In this document: piece by piece, positions 1 through 9,089 of the stretch
Layout: the number at the start of each line of letters is the position of its first letter
Numbering within the stretch: the first letter of the stretch is position 1
From: Alphaproteobacteria bacterium
Lineage (GTDB): Bacteria; Pseudomonadota; Alphaproteobacteria; UBA8317
Assembly: GCA_038131935.1 (NCBI GenBank)
Contig: JAYPQH010000029.1
Coordinates: 1 to 27,196 of the forward strand
Direction of reading: 5' to 3'
DNA: 27,196 nucleotides
Made by a program: the position numbers and the translations under genes
Notes under the pieces: model-generated
Database searches by the model: none
The model's input: the letters and a program-made list of their open reading frames with translations, nothing else
Told to the model about the DNA's origin: nothing

Positions 1-19
1 AAGTAAGTTAACAATTTGT

Positions 20-55
20 AAAACCCGCGCGACAACGCGCCAGTATTCGCGCGGG
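20..55 (-). terminator. Probable Rho-independent terminator downstream of tRNA-Ser
   Basis: Perfect 9-bp GC-rich inverted repeat CCCGCGCGA (24-32) / TCGCGCGGG (47-55). On the - strand it is followed by TTTT (A20-A23 on +), about 55 nt past the tRNA CCA end. Confidence 0.6.
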
Positions 56-110
56 GCACCACCTCTCAGGTAGCGCTCAGGCAACACTTATTTATGGACT
101 TAAAAAATTG

Positions 111-200
111 TGGCCGGGAGAGAGGGATTCGAACCCCCGGAGGGCGGTAACCCTCAACGGTTTTCAAGACTGCCGCTTTCGACCGCTCAGCCATCTCCCG
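111..200 (-). tRNA. tRNA-Ser (anticodon UGA), 90 nt, CCA encoded
   Basis: The reverse complement folds as a type II tRNA: acceptor stem CGGGAGA/TCTCCCG, discriminator G + CCA, D-arm GCTGAGCGGTCGAAAGC, anticodon loop CT-TGA-AA, long variable arm GAGGG..CCCTC and T-loop TTCGAAT. Confidence 0.97.
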
Positions 201-263
201 GTTGAAGTGTCTTCGTATAATGTCTTATGAGCGATGGTCAAGCGGCCATACGGAGAATATTTC

Positions 264-715
264 ATGCCAGACGCATTTTGGGAGAATTCAGATCTTAATC
301 AGTTGACGGATGCTGAATGGGAGTCTTTGTGTGATAATTGCGGCCGATGCTGCCTCATACGTTTAGAAGATGCTGATGATGGTGAGATCTACACGACCAA
401 TATTGTTTGCCGTGAATATGATCAAAAAAATCGCCGATGTGGTTGTTATGAAACAAGGGAGGAAAAGGTTCCTGGCTGTATCAAACTTACACCTCAAAAT
501 ATCTTAGAAGAAACCTGGATCCCTATTACCTGTGCCTACAGGCGCCTGCAGAAGGGAGAGGTTTAGCTTTTTGGCATCCACTGGTTGGTGGCGAAGAACA
601 AAAGGCTGCCCAGGAGGACATGTCGATCATAGGCAAAGTAGTTAGTGAGCGAGATGTAAAAGTTGAGGATTATGAGGACCACGTCATTTATTGGGCGGAT
701 ATGGAACCCGCATAA
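264..715 (+). CDS. ycgN: YcgN/YkgJ family cysteine-cluster (CxxCxxCC) protein; one frameshift near 549
   Basis: Motifs EWESLCDNCGRCC and WIPITCAYRRL. The family C-terminus AEGRGLAFWHPLV...VVSE continues in another frame to TAA at 713-715. ATG 264 is preceded by GGAGA. Confidence 0.85.
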
Positions 716-725
716 TGAGAACGTT

Positions 726-974
726 TCATTGTTGGTGCGCAATTTGTTGAACAGCCACCAAAATGCGCTGTGCGACCTCCTCAGTACCCGTCTGTGCATG
801 AGCATGTATTGCAATGGCTTCATGCAGGAGTGCATTTGCAATGTCGACGCGCTGATCTGGTGATGCTTTGGCTATGAGACTCGCGACCAGTTCAGAGGCT
901 GTTTGTATAATGTCATCTTCTGGATGAGATATGGTGCTTCTTTTTTGATATGAAGCAAAATCTATAACCGTCAT
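726..974 (-). CDS. Small hypothetical protein (~82 aa), no recognisable family
   Basis: ATG at 974 preceded by GGTGGAG. It fills the gap between ycgN and the transglycosylase and has a plausible helical composition (MTVIDFASYQKR...). Confidence 0.6.
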   Translation of the reverse strand: MTVIDFASYQKRSTISHPEDDIIQTASELVASLIAKASPDQRVDIANALLHEAIAIHAHAQTGTEEVAQRILVAVQQIAHQQ

Positions 975-1120
975 AACATTCTCCACCAATAGCCACTTAA
1001 AAATATTTATAGCGATTAATAGACGATCTGTGTTCGTCTGCTTCATTTGATCCAAGAAAAAAGATGTAAATTGAGTTTTTCTTATGGCATGATCTTTTTT
1101 TTCTGCTTGGGGTTGCCGCT

Positions 1121-2099
1121 ATGTCCTACGATCGCCGTGAATTTTTGCTCACTGGTAGTGGTGTTAGCCTGGTGGCGTGCGTGCCAAATACTGTTTTTGC
1201 TGATGACTTCACTTCATTCATCGATTTTGTTCGACAAAAGGCTTCTGAGCGAGGTGTTTCGCAAGACGTGGTGAACAGCGCATTAGCCGGTTTGCAGGTT
1301 AATGAAAAAGTCATCCGACTTGATAACCGGCAGCCAGAAGGTCGAATTACCTTTCCAGAATACCGCTCAAAAATCGTCAATGGTTACCGCATAAACCAAG
1401 GACGAAAGAAATTGAAGCAACATAATAAATTGCTGGATCAAGTTTCGCGAGAATTTGGGGTATCAAAATTTATTATTTTGGCTTTATGGGGCATATAGTA
1501 ACTGGTTATGGAAGTTTTACAGGTGGCTTTGACATCATTGAAAGCCTGGCAACCCTAGCGTTTGATGGGCGAAGGCGTTCGTTCTTTTTGGCACAACTTA
1601 TCGATGCGCTTGTCATTTTAGATCAAGGTCATATTGAAAGATCAGCCTTCAAAGGGTCTTGGGCGGGGGCGATGGGTCAATGTCAATTTATGCCGTCATC
1701 TTTTTTAGAGAGTGCTGTTGATTATAATGGTGATGGCAGAAGGGATATTTGGTCTTCGCATGAGGATGTTTTTGCGTCCATGGCCAATTACCTTTCAAAG
1801 GCTGGCTGGGAAGAGCCACTGCATTGGGGAATTGAACTTCATAAAGATCAATTGAAGGATGACAAGCTTGCTTTAAAAGAGTATCGGGATATCTCCGAAT
1901 GGCATAGAGATGATTACTGGATTGGTGATGCGCCAAAAAAGTGAACAAATAGGAGTAGTTGCTAAATTGGTTGCACCTGATAATGATCGCGCCAACTTGT
2001 TTTTTGGTGGGTAAAAACTTTGATGTTATTATGAAATGGAACCGATCTACTTATTTTGCAGCATCAGTAGGCCTACTGGCGGATGCTCTGTCTGTATGA
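1121..2099 (+). CDS. Lytic murein transglycosylase (MltB/SLT_2 family); frameshifts near 1495, 1940 and 2003
   Basis: Motifs LDNRQPE, ILALWGI-[E]-TGYG, SLATLAFDGRR, GSWAGAMGQCQFMPSSF, DYNGDGRRDIW, ASMANYL and the terminal NFDVIMKWNRSTYFAASVGLLAD, spread over several frames. Confidence 0.9.
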
Positions 2100-2122
2100 T
2101 TTTGCCTTAAGGATTTAGCAAT

Positions 2123-2600
2123 ATGTTGCTCTCGGTATTTTTCCTTGCGTGCACACAACCTTATGATCTTAGTGAACGCCCCCAACTTCGGATATCTCCA
2201 CCAAAACTTGAGAAAATTGCTGTGGCGCCAAAGTATAGCATGAAAGACAAAAAAATTGGTGCGTCCTATAGAATTAGAGGACAAACCTTTAAACCTCGTG
2301 CCTACACACAATTTGAAGCAGAAGGTGTCGCCAGTTGGTATGGAAGGCAGTTTCATGGTAAAAAGACCGCAAGCGGTGAAATATTCGATATGGGTAAGCT
2401 GACAGCAGCACATCCTACCTTACCCTTGCCATCTTATGTGTTGGTGACAAATTTACAAAACAATCGCTCTGTTGTTCTGCGCGTCAATGATCGTGGACCC
2501 TTTGTCAAAAACGTATCATAGATGTTTCTCAACGAGCCTCTGAAGTTTTAGGTTTTCGTCATGATGGCCTTGCCAGGGTAAGATTAAAAATGTTGGATGA
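2123..2600 (+). CDS. rlpA: Septal ring lytic transglycosylase RlpA family lipoprotein; frameshift near 2510, true 3' end uncertain
   Basis: [54 protein letters not shown], continued in another frame by [16 protein letters not shown]-terminal lipobox FLAC. Confidence 0.9.
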
Positions 2601-2704
2601 TGAAGAAGGGCGGCAGATATATATAGAAAATGTGGTACCCAAACCTCTAAAGAGATTTCAGACCGCGCCTTGTAAAAAATTACAGGAGGAAAAAGGAGAT
2701 AACA

Positions 2705-3865
2705 ATGAGCAATTGGCCACAATCAGTCTTAAGCGTCCTGGTTCTTGCTCTTTATTGTCTGGTTAATCAGGCTCACGCCATTGATACCCCTGCACGACAA
2801 CTGATTATTATTGATCCCGATACTGATACGATTTTGGTAGAAAAAGATGCTGACACTGCGGTTCCTCCCGCATCCATGAGTAAGCTGATGACAATTTACA
2901 TGGTTTTTGAAGCTCTGAAGGAAGGCCGTATTACACAAAATGATAAATTTTATGTGAGTCGCCGCGCGTCTAAGATGGGTGGATCAAAGATGTTCACCCG
3001 AGAGGGTGACAACATCCGCGTGATTGATCTTCTGCGGGGTATCATTATTCAATCTGGTAATGATGCTTGCGTTGTGGTTGCAGAGGGCTTGGCGGGAACC
3101 GAAGAAAATTTCGCACAAAAAATGAACGCAAAAGCAAAAGAATTAGGTTTAACGAATTCATCTTTTGCCAACTCAACAGGTATGCCGCATCCTGAACATA
3201 AAATGTCTGTACGTGACCTTGTCAAACTATCAGAACATCTCAGAGAAGATTTTCCAGATTATTTTCCGCTATTTAAAGAGCAGGAATTTACATGGGAGGG
3301 TATAAAGCAGAGCAATAGAAACCCACTTCTAGGCATGAACATAGGCGCAGATGGCTTAAAAACAGGACATACTGAAGAGGCAGGTTATTGCTTATCAGCC
3401 TCAGCAGAACGCGACGGACGCCGTATTGTTATGGCATTTACAGGCTTAAATTCAAAAAAACAGCGTGCTGAAGTGGCGAGAATGCTAACAGATTATGCTT
3501 TTCGTTCATTTGTGCGCACTGATGCTGTTAAAAATGGTGATGTGATGTTGCGTGCGCCCGTTGGAGAAGGCATTCAACCCATGGTGGAGCTTGGCGCCTT
3601 ACAAAACGTCACCTTAACAATACCCACTGCCCAACAAGATAAATTAGAGAGTTTTGTTGAATTTAATAGCCCAATTTTGGCGCCCATCAAACGGGGTGAT
3701 ATCGTGGGTCAATTCACCGTGAAAACTGCGCAAAAGACCTATGGTCAGTTCCCACTCGTTGCGTTGGAAGATGTTGCACAAGCTGGGTTTTATGCGCGTA
3801 TTGTGGAAAGAGCTTGGCGTTTTTTAGGAATGAGCTCCTCAATTGAACCAAAGTTGGCAAATTAA
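2705..3865 (+). CDS. dacA: D-alanyl-D-alanine carboxypeptidase (PBP5/6, peptidase S11)
   Basis: Signal peptide; SxxK (PASMSKLMT), SGN and KTG motifs; PBP5 C-terminal domain; intact 386 aa. Confidence 0.93.
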   Translation: MSNWPQSVLSVLVLALYCLVNQAHAIDTPARQLIIIDPDTDTILVEKDADTAVPPASMSKLMTIYMVFEALKEGRITQNDKFYVSRRASKMGGSKMFTREGDNIRVIDLLRGIIIQSGNDACVVVAEGLAGTEENFAQKMNAKAKELGLTNSSFANSTGMPHPEHKMSVRDLVKLSEHLREDFPDYFPLFKEQEFTWEGIKQSNRNPLLGMNIGADGLKTGHTEEAGYCLSASAERDGRRIVMAFTGLNSKKQRAEVARMLTDYAFRSFVRTDAVKNGDVMLRAPVGEGIQPMVELGALQNVTLTIPTAQQDKLESFVEFNSPILAPIKRGDIVGQFTVKTAQKTYGQFPLVALEDVAQAGFYARIVERAWRFLGMSSSIEPKLAN

Positions 3866-4479
3866 TGTTTGTTGTCTTTGAAGGCGTAGATGGTGCCGGG
3901 AAGGGGACTCAAATAGACAAATGTTGTGCGTATCTTGATCGGCACAATATCAATCATGTTCGAACGAGGGAACCTGGTGGAACCTCTGGAGCTGAAGCAA
4001 TAAGGAACTTGTTGGTTTCAGGAGAGGTCGATCGTTTTGACGGTATGAGTGAGTTGCTAATGATGTATGCGGCTCGCCACCTGCATGTGAAAAATATCAT
4101 TCAACCAGCATTGGCGGATGGCAAATGGGTGATTTGCGATCGTTTTTCAGGGTCTTCTTATGTTTACCAAGGCTTTGCAGGAGGGGTAGGGCTTGAGACA
4201 GTTAAACAACTCCATGAAACCGTTCTTGGTCCACTCACACCAGATGTGGAAATTATCTTGGATCTACCCGTGTCGGTATCCCTGGAGCGTATAAAAGATC
4301 GGAGTCATGACGAAAATCGTTTTGAATCCAAAGGTTTGCTATTTATGGAAAGCGTTCGTAATGGCTTTCTTCAATATGCAAATGAAAATCCAACATCTCG
4401 TATTGTCATCGATGCCCGCGAATCAGTTGAATGTATTCACCAACAAATTATTGCGGAGCTTATGGATCGAGCATCATGA
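3865..4479 (+). CDS. tmk: Thymidylate kinase
   Basis: FEGVDGAGKGTQ P-loop, TREPGG, ICDRF..SSYVYQG, DRFE-like ENRFE; TAATG overlap with dacA. Confidence 0.97.
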   Translation: MFVVFEGVDGAGKGTQIDKCCAYLDRHNINHVRTREPGGTSGAEAIRNLLVSGEVDRFDGMSELLMMYAARHLHVKNIIQPALADGKWVICDRFSGSSYVYQGFAGGVGLETVKQLHETVLGPLTPDVEIILDLPVSVSLERIKDRSHDENRFESKGLLFMESVRNGFLQYANENPTSRIVIDARESVECIHQQIIAELMDRAS

Positions 4480-5453
4480 TACATTACCCCGTAGGTCATG
4501 ATGACATTATCAGAGCATTTCACGCAGATTGGCGCGCGCAAAGATTGCCCCACGCCCATCTTTTTGTTGGTCCGCGCGGTTGTGGCAAAGCCACCACGGC
4601 ACAATTTTTAGCGGGACAATTGCTTGAATTTGGTGAATTTCCACCCTCCGATATCCATGAGCTTCCCCAAGACAATCTGGTTCGTCGTATGGAAGCTGGT
4701 TCAGAAGCGCGTTATGTCGAATTAAATATTGATCAGTTAAGAGAACAACATGGTGACACGCGGATGATTACCGTAGATATGATCCGTGAGAGGTTAGGAC
4801 GGCTGTTTGTCCATGCTACAGATCCTGGTACGCGTAGGGTATGTATATTAGATCCTGCAGAATTAATGAATCAAAGTGCTGCAAATGCGCTTTTGAAAAT
4901 ATTAGAAGAGCCGCCACCTTTTACCTCTTTCTTTCTTATCACTCAGCAACCTGGTGCCTTGCTCAAGACAATTTTGTCTCGTGTTCATAATGTGCAGTTT
5001 TCACCACTGTCTCAAACGCAAGTTAAGGAAGTCCTGAACAATTTGCAGTTGTTTGAGGAGTTTTCTGAGGATTGGAATGTTTTATCTACTTCACAACCAG
5101 GTGAATTCTTATGGTTGGCGCACCATTTTGGCACCTATGCATTTCAACTTTGTCAGAGGATTGTTACAAAATCTGCAAATCCACATGAATTGCTTCAAGA
5201 AGACCTAGATTACCTGCAAAATTTACAGAAAGATAAAACCCTTGAGTCTATAAATGTTTTTTTCCATTGTCTTCGCCATATGCTGCATAAATATGCTATG
5301 GAGGCGATCGCAACGGATGATCGAGAGCGTGCATTAAGGCTTGCGAAGGTTCATGAAGATGTGGAAGTTGTGGCGGACAACATGAAGAAATTTAACCTTG
5401 ATCGACGGCGCTCAGCGCTCAGAGTTTTAATGGATATTTATGACCGATCTTAA
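4476..5453 (+). CDS. holB: DNA polymerase III subunit delta'
   Basis: RLPHAHLFVGPRGCGKAT, AELMNQSAANALLKILEEPP and LLKTILSR; ATGA overlap with tmk; canonical position. Confidence 0.92.
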   Translation: MIHYPVGHDDIIRAFHADWRAQRLPHAHLFVGPRGCGKATTAQFLAGQLLEFGEFPPSDIHELPQDNLVRRMEAGSEARYVELNIDQLREQHGDTRMITVDMIRERLGRLFVHATDPGTRRVCILDPAELMNQSAANALLKILEEPPPFTSFFLITQQPGALLKTILSRVHNVQFSPLSQTQVKEVLNNLQLFEEFSEDWNVLSTSQPGEFLWLAHHFGTYAFQLCQRIVTKSANPHELLQEDLDYLQNLQKDKTLESINVFFHCLRHMLHKYAMEAIATDDRERALRLAKVHEDVEVVADNMKKFNLDRRRSALRVLMDIYDRS

Positions 5454-6246
5454 TTTGCTTGTTGATACACATTGCCATTTAGACCATGAGCGCATGGAAG
5501 TTTCTGCTGATGAGGCGGTATCAATTGCTCATGAGCAAGGTATTGCTTGGATGGTGACCATTGGTACGTCACTTAACAATTCTGAGAATATGGCATCATT
5601 TATCGAGCCTTGGGACAATGTTTACGCTACTGTGGGTATTCATCCTGAGGGGACGGCAATACATAGACATCAATCGCAAAATGTTGCCAAACGGCTGTCA
5701 AATTTGTTGCATCAGCGGCATATTGTAGGAGTTGGTGAAACAGGCCTCGATTATTATTACGAAAATTCAGATCGTGCCGCGCAAGCAGAATTATTCCATG
5801 CACATTGTGAACTTGCCGCAGATGCGCACAAAACGCTTATTGTACATTCTCGTGACGCTGAACGTGACACTGTTGATATTTTACAATCACATCTAAAGAA
5901 AAAATCTTTTCCGGTGATTATTCACTGTTTTACGGGCAGCCAATGGTTGGCAGATGCCGTACAAGAAATGGGCTGTATGATCTCATTGTCTGGTATCCTT
6001 ACCTTTAAGAATGCGAAGGCTTTGCAAGATACGGCGATGACAATTAAGCCATCACATTTATTGGTGGAGACCGATTCGCCTTACTTGGCACCCACACCTA
6101 AGCGGGGAAAGGTAAATCAGCCTTCTTATGTAAGGTATACAGCTGAATATTTGGCAAATTTGCGAGGGGAGTCACTTTCTGATCTGGCGCAATACACCAC
6201 AGCCAACGCTCATCGCATATTTGCTGTTCAGCAACCAAAATCATGA
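5440..6246 (+). CDS. tatD: TatD family deoxyribonuclease
   Basis: Motifs DTHCHL, VGIHP, VGETGLDY, IVHSR, IHCFTG and LVETDSPYLAP. Confidence 0.95.
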   Translation: MTDLNLLVDTHCHLDHERMEVSADEAVSIAHEQGIAWMVTIGTSLNNSENMASFIEPWDNVYATVGIHPEGTAIHRHQSQNVAKRLSNLLHQRHIVGVGETGLDYYYENSDRAAQAELFHAHCELAADAHKTLIVHSRDAERDTVDILQSHLKKKSFPVIIHCFTGSQWLADAVQEMGCMISLSGILTFKNAKALQDTAMTIKPSHLLVETDSPYLAPTPKRGKVNQPSYVRYTAEYLANLRGESLSDLAQYTTANAHRIFAVQQPKS

Positions 6247-7021
6247 GAAACTATGTTCGCATATTAGGTTGTGGTTCTTCCACTGGCGTTCCTAGGATTG
6301 GAAACAATTGGGGAGCTTGTGACCTAATAATCCATTAAACAGGCGTACCAGATGCTCTCTTTATATTCATTATCATGGTATTTCGGTTTTGATTGATACG
6401 TCTCCAGATCTTAGGCAGCAGCTACTATCAGCCAATGTCCAAGGTCTTGATGCTGTTTTTTATACCCATGATCATGCTGATCAAACCCACGGTATTGATG
6501 ATTTGAGGGTTTTGGCAATGTTTGGCCGCAAGCTTTTGCCCGTATACGCAGATCAAGCCACGAGAAAAACATTAGAAAGTAGATTTTCTTACTGTTTTAA
6601 CGGGTTTGGCGACTATCCAGCTATTTTAGGCATGCAGGGACTTGAAGATAGAATTGTGTTAAAAGGTGAAGCTGGCCATGAGTTGTTGATGGAGCCGTTT
6701 GTGATGCATCATGGACGCATCAAAGCAACAGGTTATTTGATCAACAAATCGATAGCTTACACTCCTGATCTACACGACTTGCCTGAAGAAAGTTTTAACT
6801 TGTTGGAAAATATAGATGTATGGATCGTGGATGCGTTACGATACAAACCTCATCCAAGCCATTCCCATGTCGCGCAGTCATTTGATTGGATTAAAAAGGT
6901 TGGCGCCAAACAAGGTATTCTAACCAACATGCATATTGATGTTGATTATGAGGAAGTTCGTGCAATTTGTCCTGATAACATTATACCAGCTTATGACGGC
7001 TTAGAGATCACATTGAGTTGA
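6243..7021 (+). CDS. MBL-fold metallo-hydrolase (PhnP/YycJ-like); frameshift near 6323
   Basis: ILGCGSSTGVPRIG from ATG 6243 (ATGA overlap with tatD), then NRRTRCS, IDTSPDLRQQLL, THDHADQTHGIDDLR and HPSHSH. Confidence 0.9.
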
Positions 7022-7039
7022 TAACTTATGTCATCCATA

Positions 7040-7067
7040 ATTTAACATAATATAAATTATGCGACTT
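7040..7067 (-). other. dif: dif site (XerC/XerD chromosome dimer resolution site)
   Basis: The - strand reads AAGTCGCATAA-TTTATA-TTATGTTAAAT. The XerD arm is identical to that of E. coli dif (TTATGTTAAAT), the XerC arm ends in CGCATAA and the spacer is 6 bp. It is intergenic between convergent genes. Confidence 0.92.
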
Positions 7068-7092
7068 TTAAAATGCGATGTTTTAGACCCCT

Positions 7093-7395
7093 TTACACAG
7101 AGGCCTTCTCAGATAAAAGTTCTACCTCGACGAATGACATGTTGCTGTCGCCACCGTTGATGACATTATGGCGTATGCCTGCGTCGCGATAGTATATGGT
7201 TCCAGGTTGCAAATCACTGACAGTCGTGGTCCCATCTTCATGCTCAAGCTTCATGACGCAACGGGTTAACGTGGTGATGACGTAATCATGCTCATGACGA
7301 TGCCAGCCTGTCTCATCACCAGGTCGAAATTCAAATCGTGTCACCCTCACCTTTGGGTTATCTACAATGGTTTGAAATGTGCAAGTAAGTGTCAA
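7093..7395 (-). CDS. Small cupin-domain protein, BauB-like
   Basis: DNPKVRVTRFEFRPGDETGWHRHEHDYV...AGIRHNVIN...FVEVEL resembles the BauB-type cupin pattern; TTG start after AAGGA. Confidence 0.8.
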   Translation of the reverse strand: MTLTCTFQTIVDNPKVRVTRFEFRPGDETGWHRHEHDYVITTLTRCVMKLEHEDGTTTVSDLQPGTIYYRDAGIRHNVINGGDSNMSFVEVELLSEKASV

Positions 7396-7408
7396 AGGCG
7401 CTATTCCT

Positions 7409-8332
7409 TTACGTATTTGGTGTGATGTTCGGGGTTGTACTTAGTTGCCTTTTGCGTAAGTAAGATTCTCTAATGCCAATATATGTGGTTGACCCGAAAA
7501 TAAGCAGCGCTCCTGCAATGGTGTAAATATCTGGGATTTCCGCAAATAGTATAAAGCCAAGTAAACTGGCCCAAATGAGCTTTGAAAAATCAACAGGCAA
7601 AACAACAGATGTATCCGCCTCATGAAAAGATTGGTTCATGGCGGTTTGGCCTATGGTGCCAAGAGCTGCGATCGCAATAAGAAACAGCATCTCGTACCAA
7701 CTTGGAGTGACCCAATACAAATAGGCTGGTATGGCAGTTATGAGGCTCAACCAACAAGATGCATACAACGTTATGGTTAGTGAGCTGTCTGTTCTGGTTA
7801 AAATTTTGATAAACATCATGGCGATAGCCCAGAACATGGCTGCAAAAAGTATGAGCATGGGACCTAAGCCAATGTTGCTAAAACCAGGTCGCAGGATAAT
7901 TAAGGTTCCCAAAAACCCAATTAATATCGCGCTCCATCGCCGGATCCCAACCTTTTCCCCTAAGAAAAATATTGCCAAAATGGTTGCAAAGATGGGTGCG
8001 GTAAAACTCAAGGCTGTCAGCTCAGCCAAAGGTGTCAGCGTGACGCCTGTAAAGAAGGCCAGCATTGAAACGCCGTTAATCAAGCCGCGTATCGCATGAA
8101 GTCCGAACCGTGTGGTGCGCATTGGAAAGGTGTCATGAGATAAAAATGTTGGTGCAAGGAGAAGAAAACCTAAAAAAGAACGAAAAAACGCGATTTCAAA
8201 CGCAGGCAAGTTTTCTGAGAGCTGTTTAACCAACGCGTGCATGGATACGAATGCAAGTGATGAAATAGCCATCAAAAGCATGCCACGCCAAACAGGAGAT
8301 AGAGGGTCAAAAATTTTGTGATAAAAGATCAT
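7409..8332 (-). CDS. DMT/EamA family transporter
   Basis: About 10 hydrophobic segments; FEIAFFRS, LSFTAPIF, FLGEKVGIRRW, LIILRPG and FAEIPD motifs. Confidence 0.9.
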   Translation of the reverse strand: MIFYHKIFDPLSPVWRGMLLMAISSLAFVSMHALVKQLSENLPAFEIAFFRSFLGFLLLAPTFLSHDTFPMRTTRFGLHAIRGLINGVSMLAFFTGVTLTPLAELTALSFTAPIFATILAIFFLGEKVGIRRWSAILIGFLGTLIILRPGFSNIGLGPMLILFAAMFWAIAMMFIKILTRTDSSLTITLYASCWLSLITAIPAYLYWVTPSWYEMLFLIAIAALGTIGQTAMNQSFHEADTSVVLPVDFSKLIWASLLGFILFAEIPDIYTIAGALLIFGSTTYIGIRESYLRKRQLSTTPNITPNT

Positions 8333-8375
8333 GTTATGTTTATCATGCCGTAAATTTTGACGTTTGGATAGGGAA

Positions 8376-9008
8376 TTATCTCAAGCTGGTTAGATATTCT
8401 GCTGCGGCAACCAAGCCATCTGGCGCAATAGTGTGGGGATAGCCATCTGAAACATGTAAATCACATTGAATGTTTTCATCGTTAAGTGCTGCCTGTGCCA
8501 GATAACTTGCCTGACAAGGCACGACTGGGTCATCAGAACCATGGATCAATAAGACTGGTGGATGAACTATTTGATCTGTTTTTAATCGATCTGGTCCAGC
8601 CAAAGCACCTGAAAAACCTATGATAGCCTTTGGTTTGCTGGGAAGACGCAAACCCACCTCGAGCGCCATCATTGTGCCTTGTGAAAACCCAATTAAGATA
8701 ACATTTTCAAAGGTTTTTTCATATGTTTTGCAAAGATGTGTAAGAAAAGATCGCAAAATTGGCGCTGCTGTCTTTACCCCTTGATCCAATTCCTCTGGCT
8801 GTAATTGGGTCAGACCAAACCATTCTCTCCCCGGCCCCATACCAGCAACCAGATTAGGAGCATGAGGACATATGAATAAAGGGCTTTCAATATAAGGTGC
8901 TAAAGGTGGAGCAAGACCCATCAGGTCGTGGCCATCTGCTCCGTAGCCATGCAACATCACGACAATATTCTGAGGTGTTTCAGACCCTGATTTTTCAAAT
9001 TCTAACAT
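8376..9008 (-). CDS. Phospholipase/carboxylesterase (alpha/beta hydrolase)
   Basis: LHGYGADG, GFSQG nucleophile elbow, IHGSDDPVVP and catalytic His in PHTI. Start placed at ATG 9008; the ORF extends to 9047. Confidence 0.9.
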   Translation of the reverse strand: MLEFEKSGSETPQNIVVMLHGYGADGHDLMGLAPPLAPYIESPLFICPHAPNLVAGMGPGREWFGLTQLQPEELDQGVKTAAPILRSFLTHLCKTYEKTFENVILIGFSQGTMMALEVGLRLPSKPKAIIGFSGALAGPDRLKTDQIVHPPVLLIHGSDDPVVPCQASYLAQAALNDENIQCDLHVSDGYPHTIAPDGLVAAAEYLTSLR

Positions 9009-9089
9009 GCTGGCCCTTCCCGTTTCACTCTTTACCACAAAAAACATCCATGTTTGGTTGTCATGTAGTTAACCAGTTTAGGATAAATA

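Noticed and set aside
50-85. Glycine-riboswitch-like words (CTCTCAGG, GCTCAGGCAA) on the + strand
   Set aside because: The GGAGA and CCGAAG elements are missing, and the element points into the antisense of a tRNA rather than a gcv or transporter gene.
1048-1075. TGATCC resembling a sigmaE (ECF11) -35 element upstream of mltB
   Set aside because: There is no properly spaced CGTA-type -10 element.
111-1120. Possible integrative element at the tRNA-Ser
   Set aside because: No integrase and no duplicated tRNA 3' end are visible in the window; anything integrated at the 3' side would lie beyond the left edge.
5440-5453. No metG between holB and tatD
   Set aside because: Direct holB-tatD adjacency is a known variant of this operon.
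7021-7061. Extra TTATG/CATAA words next to dif suggesting a second, tandem dif
   Set aside because: The orientation and spacing do not form an 11-6-11 site; the context is AT-rich.
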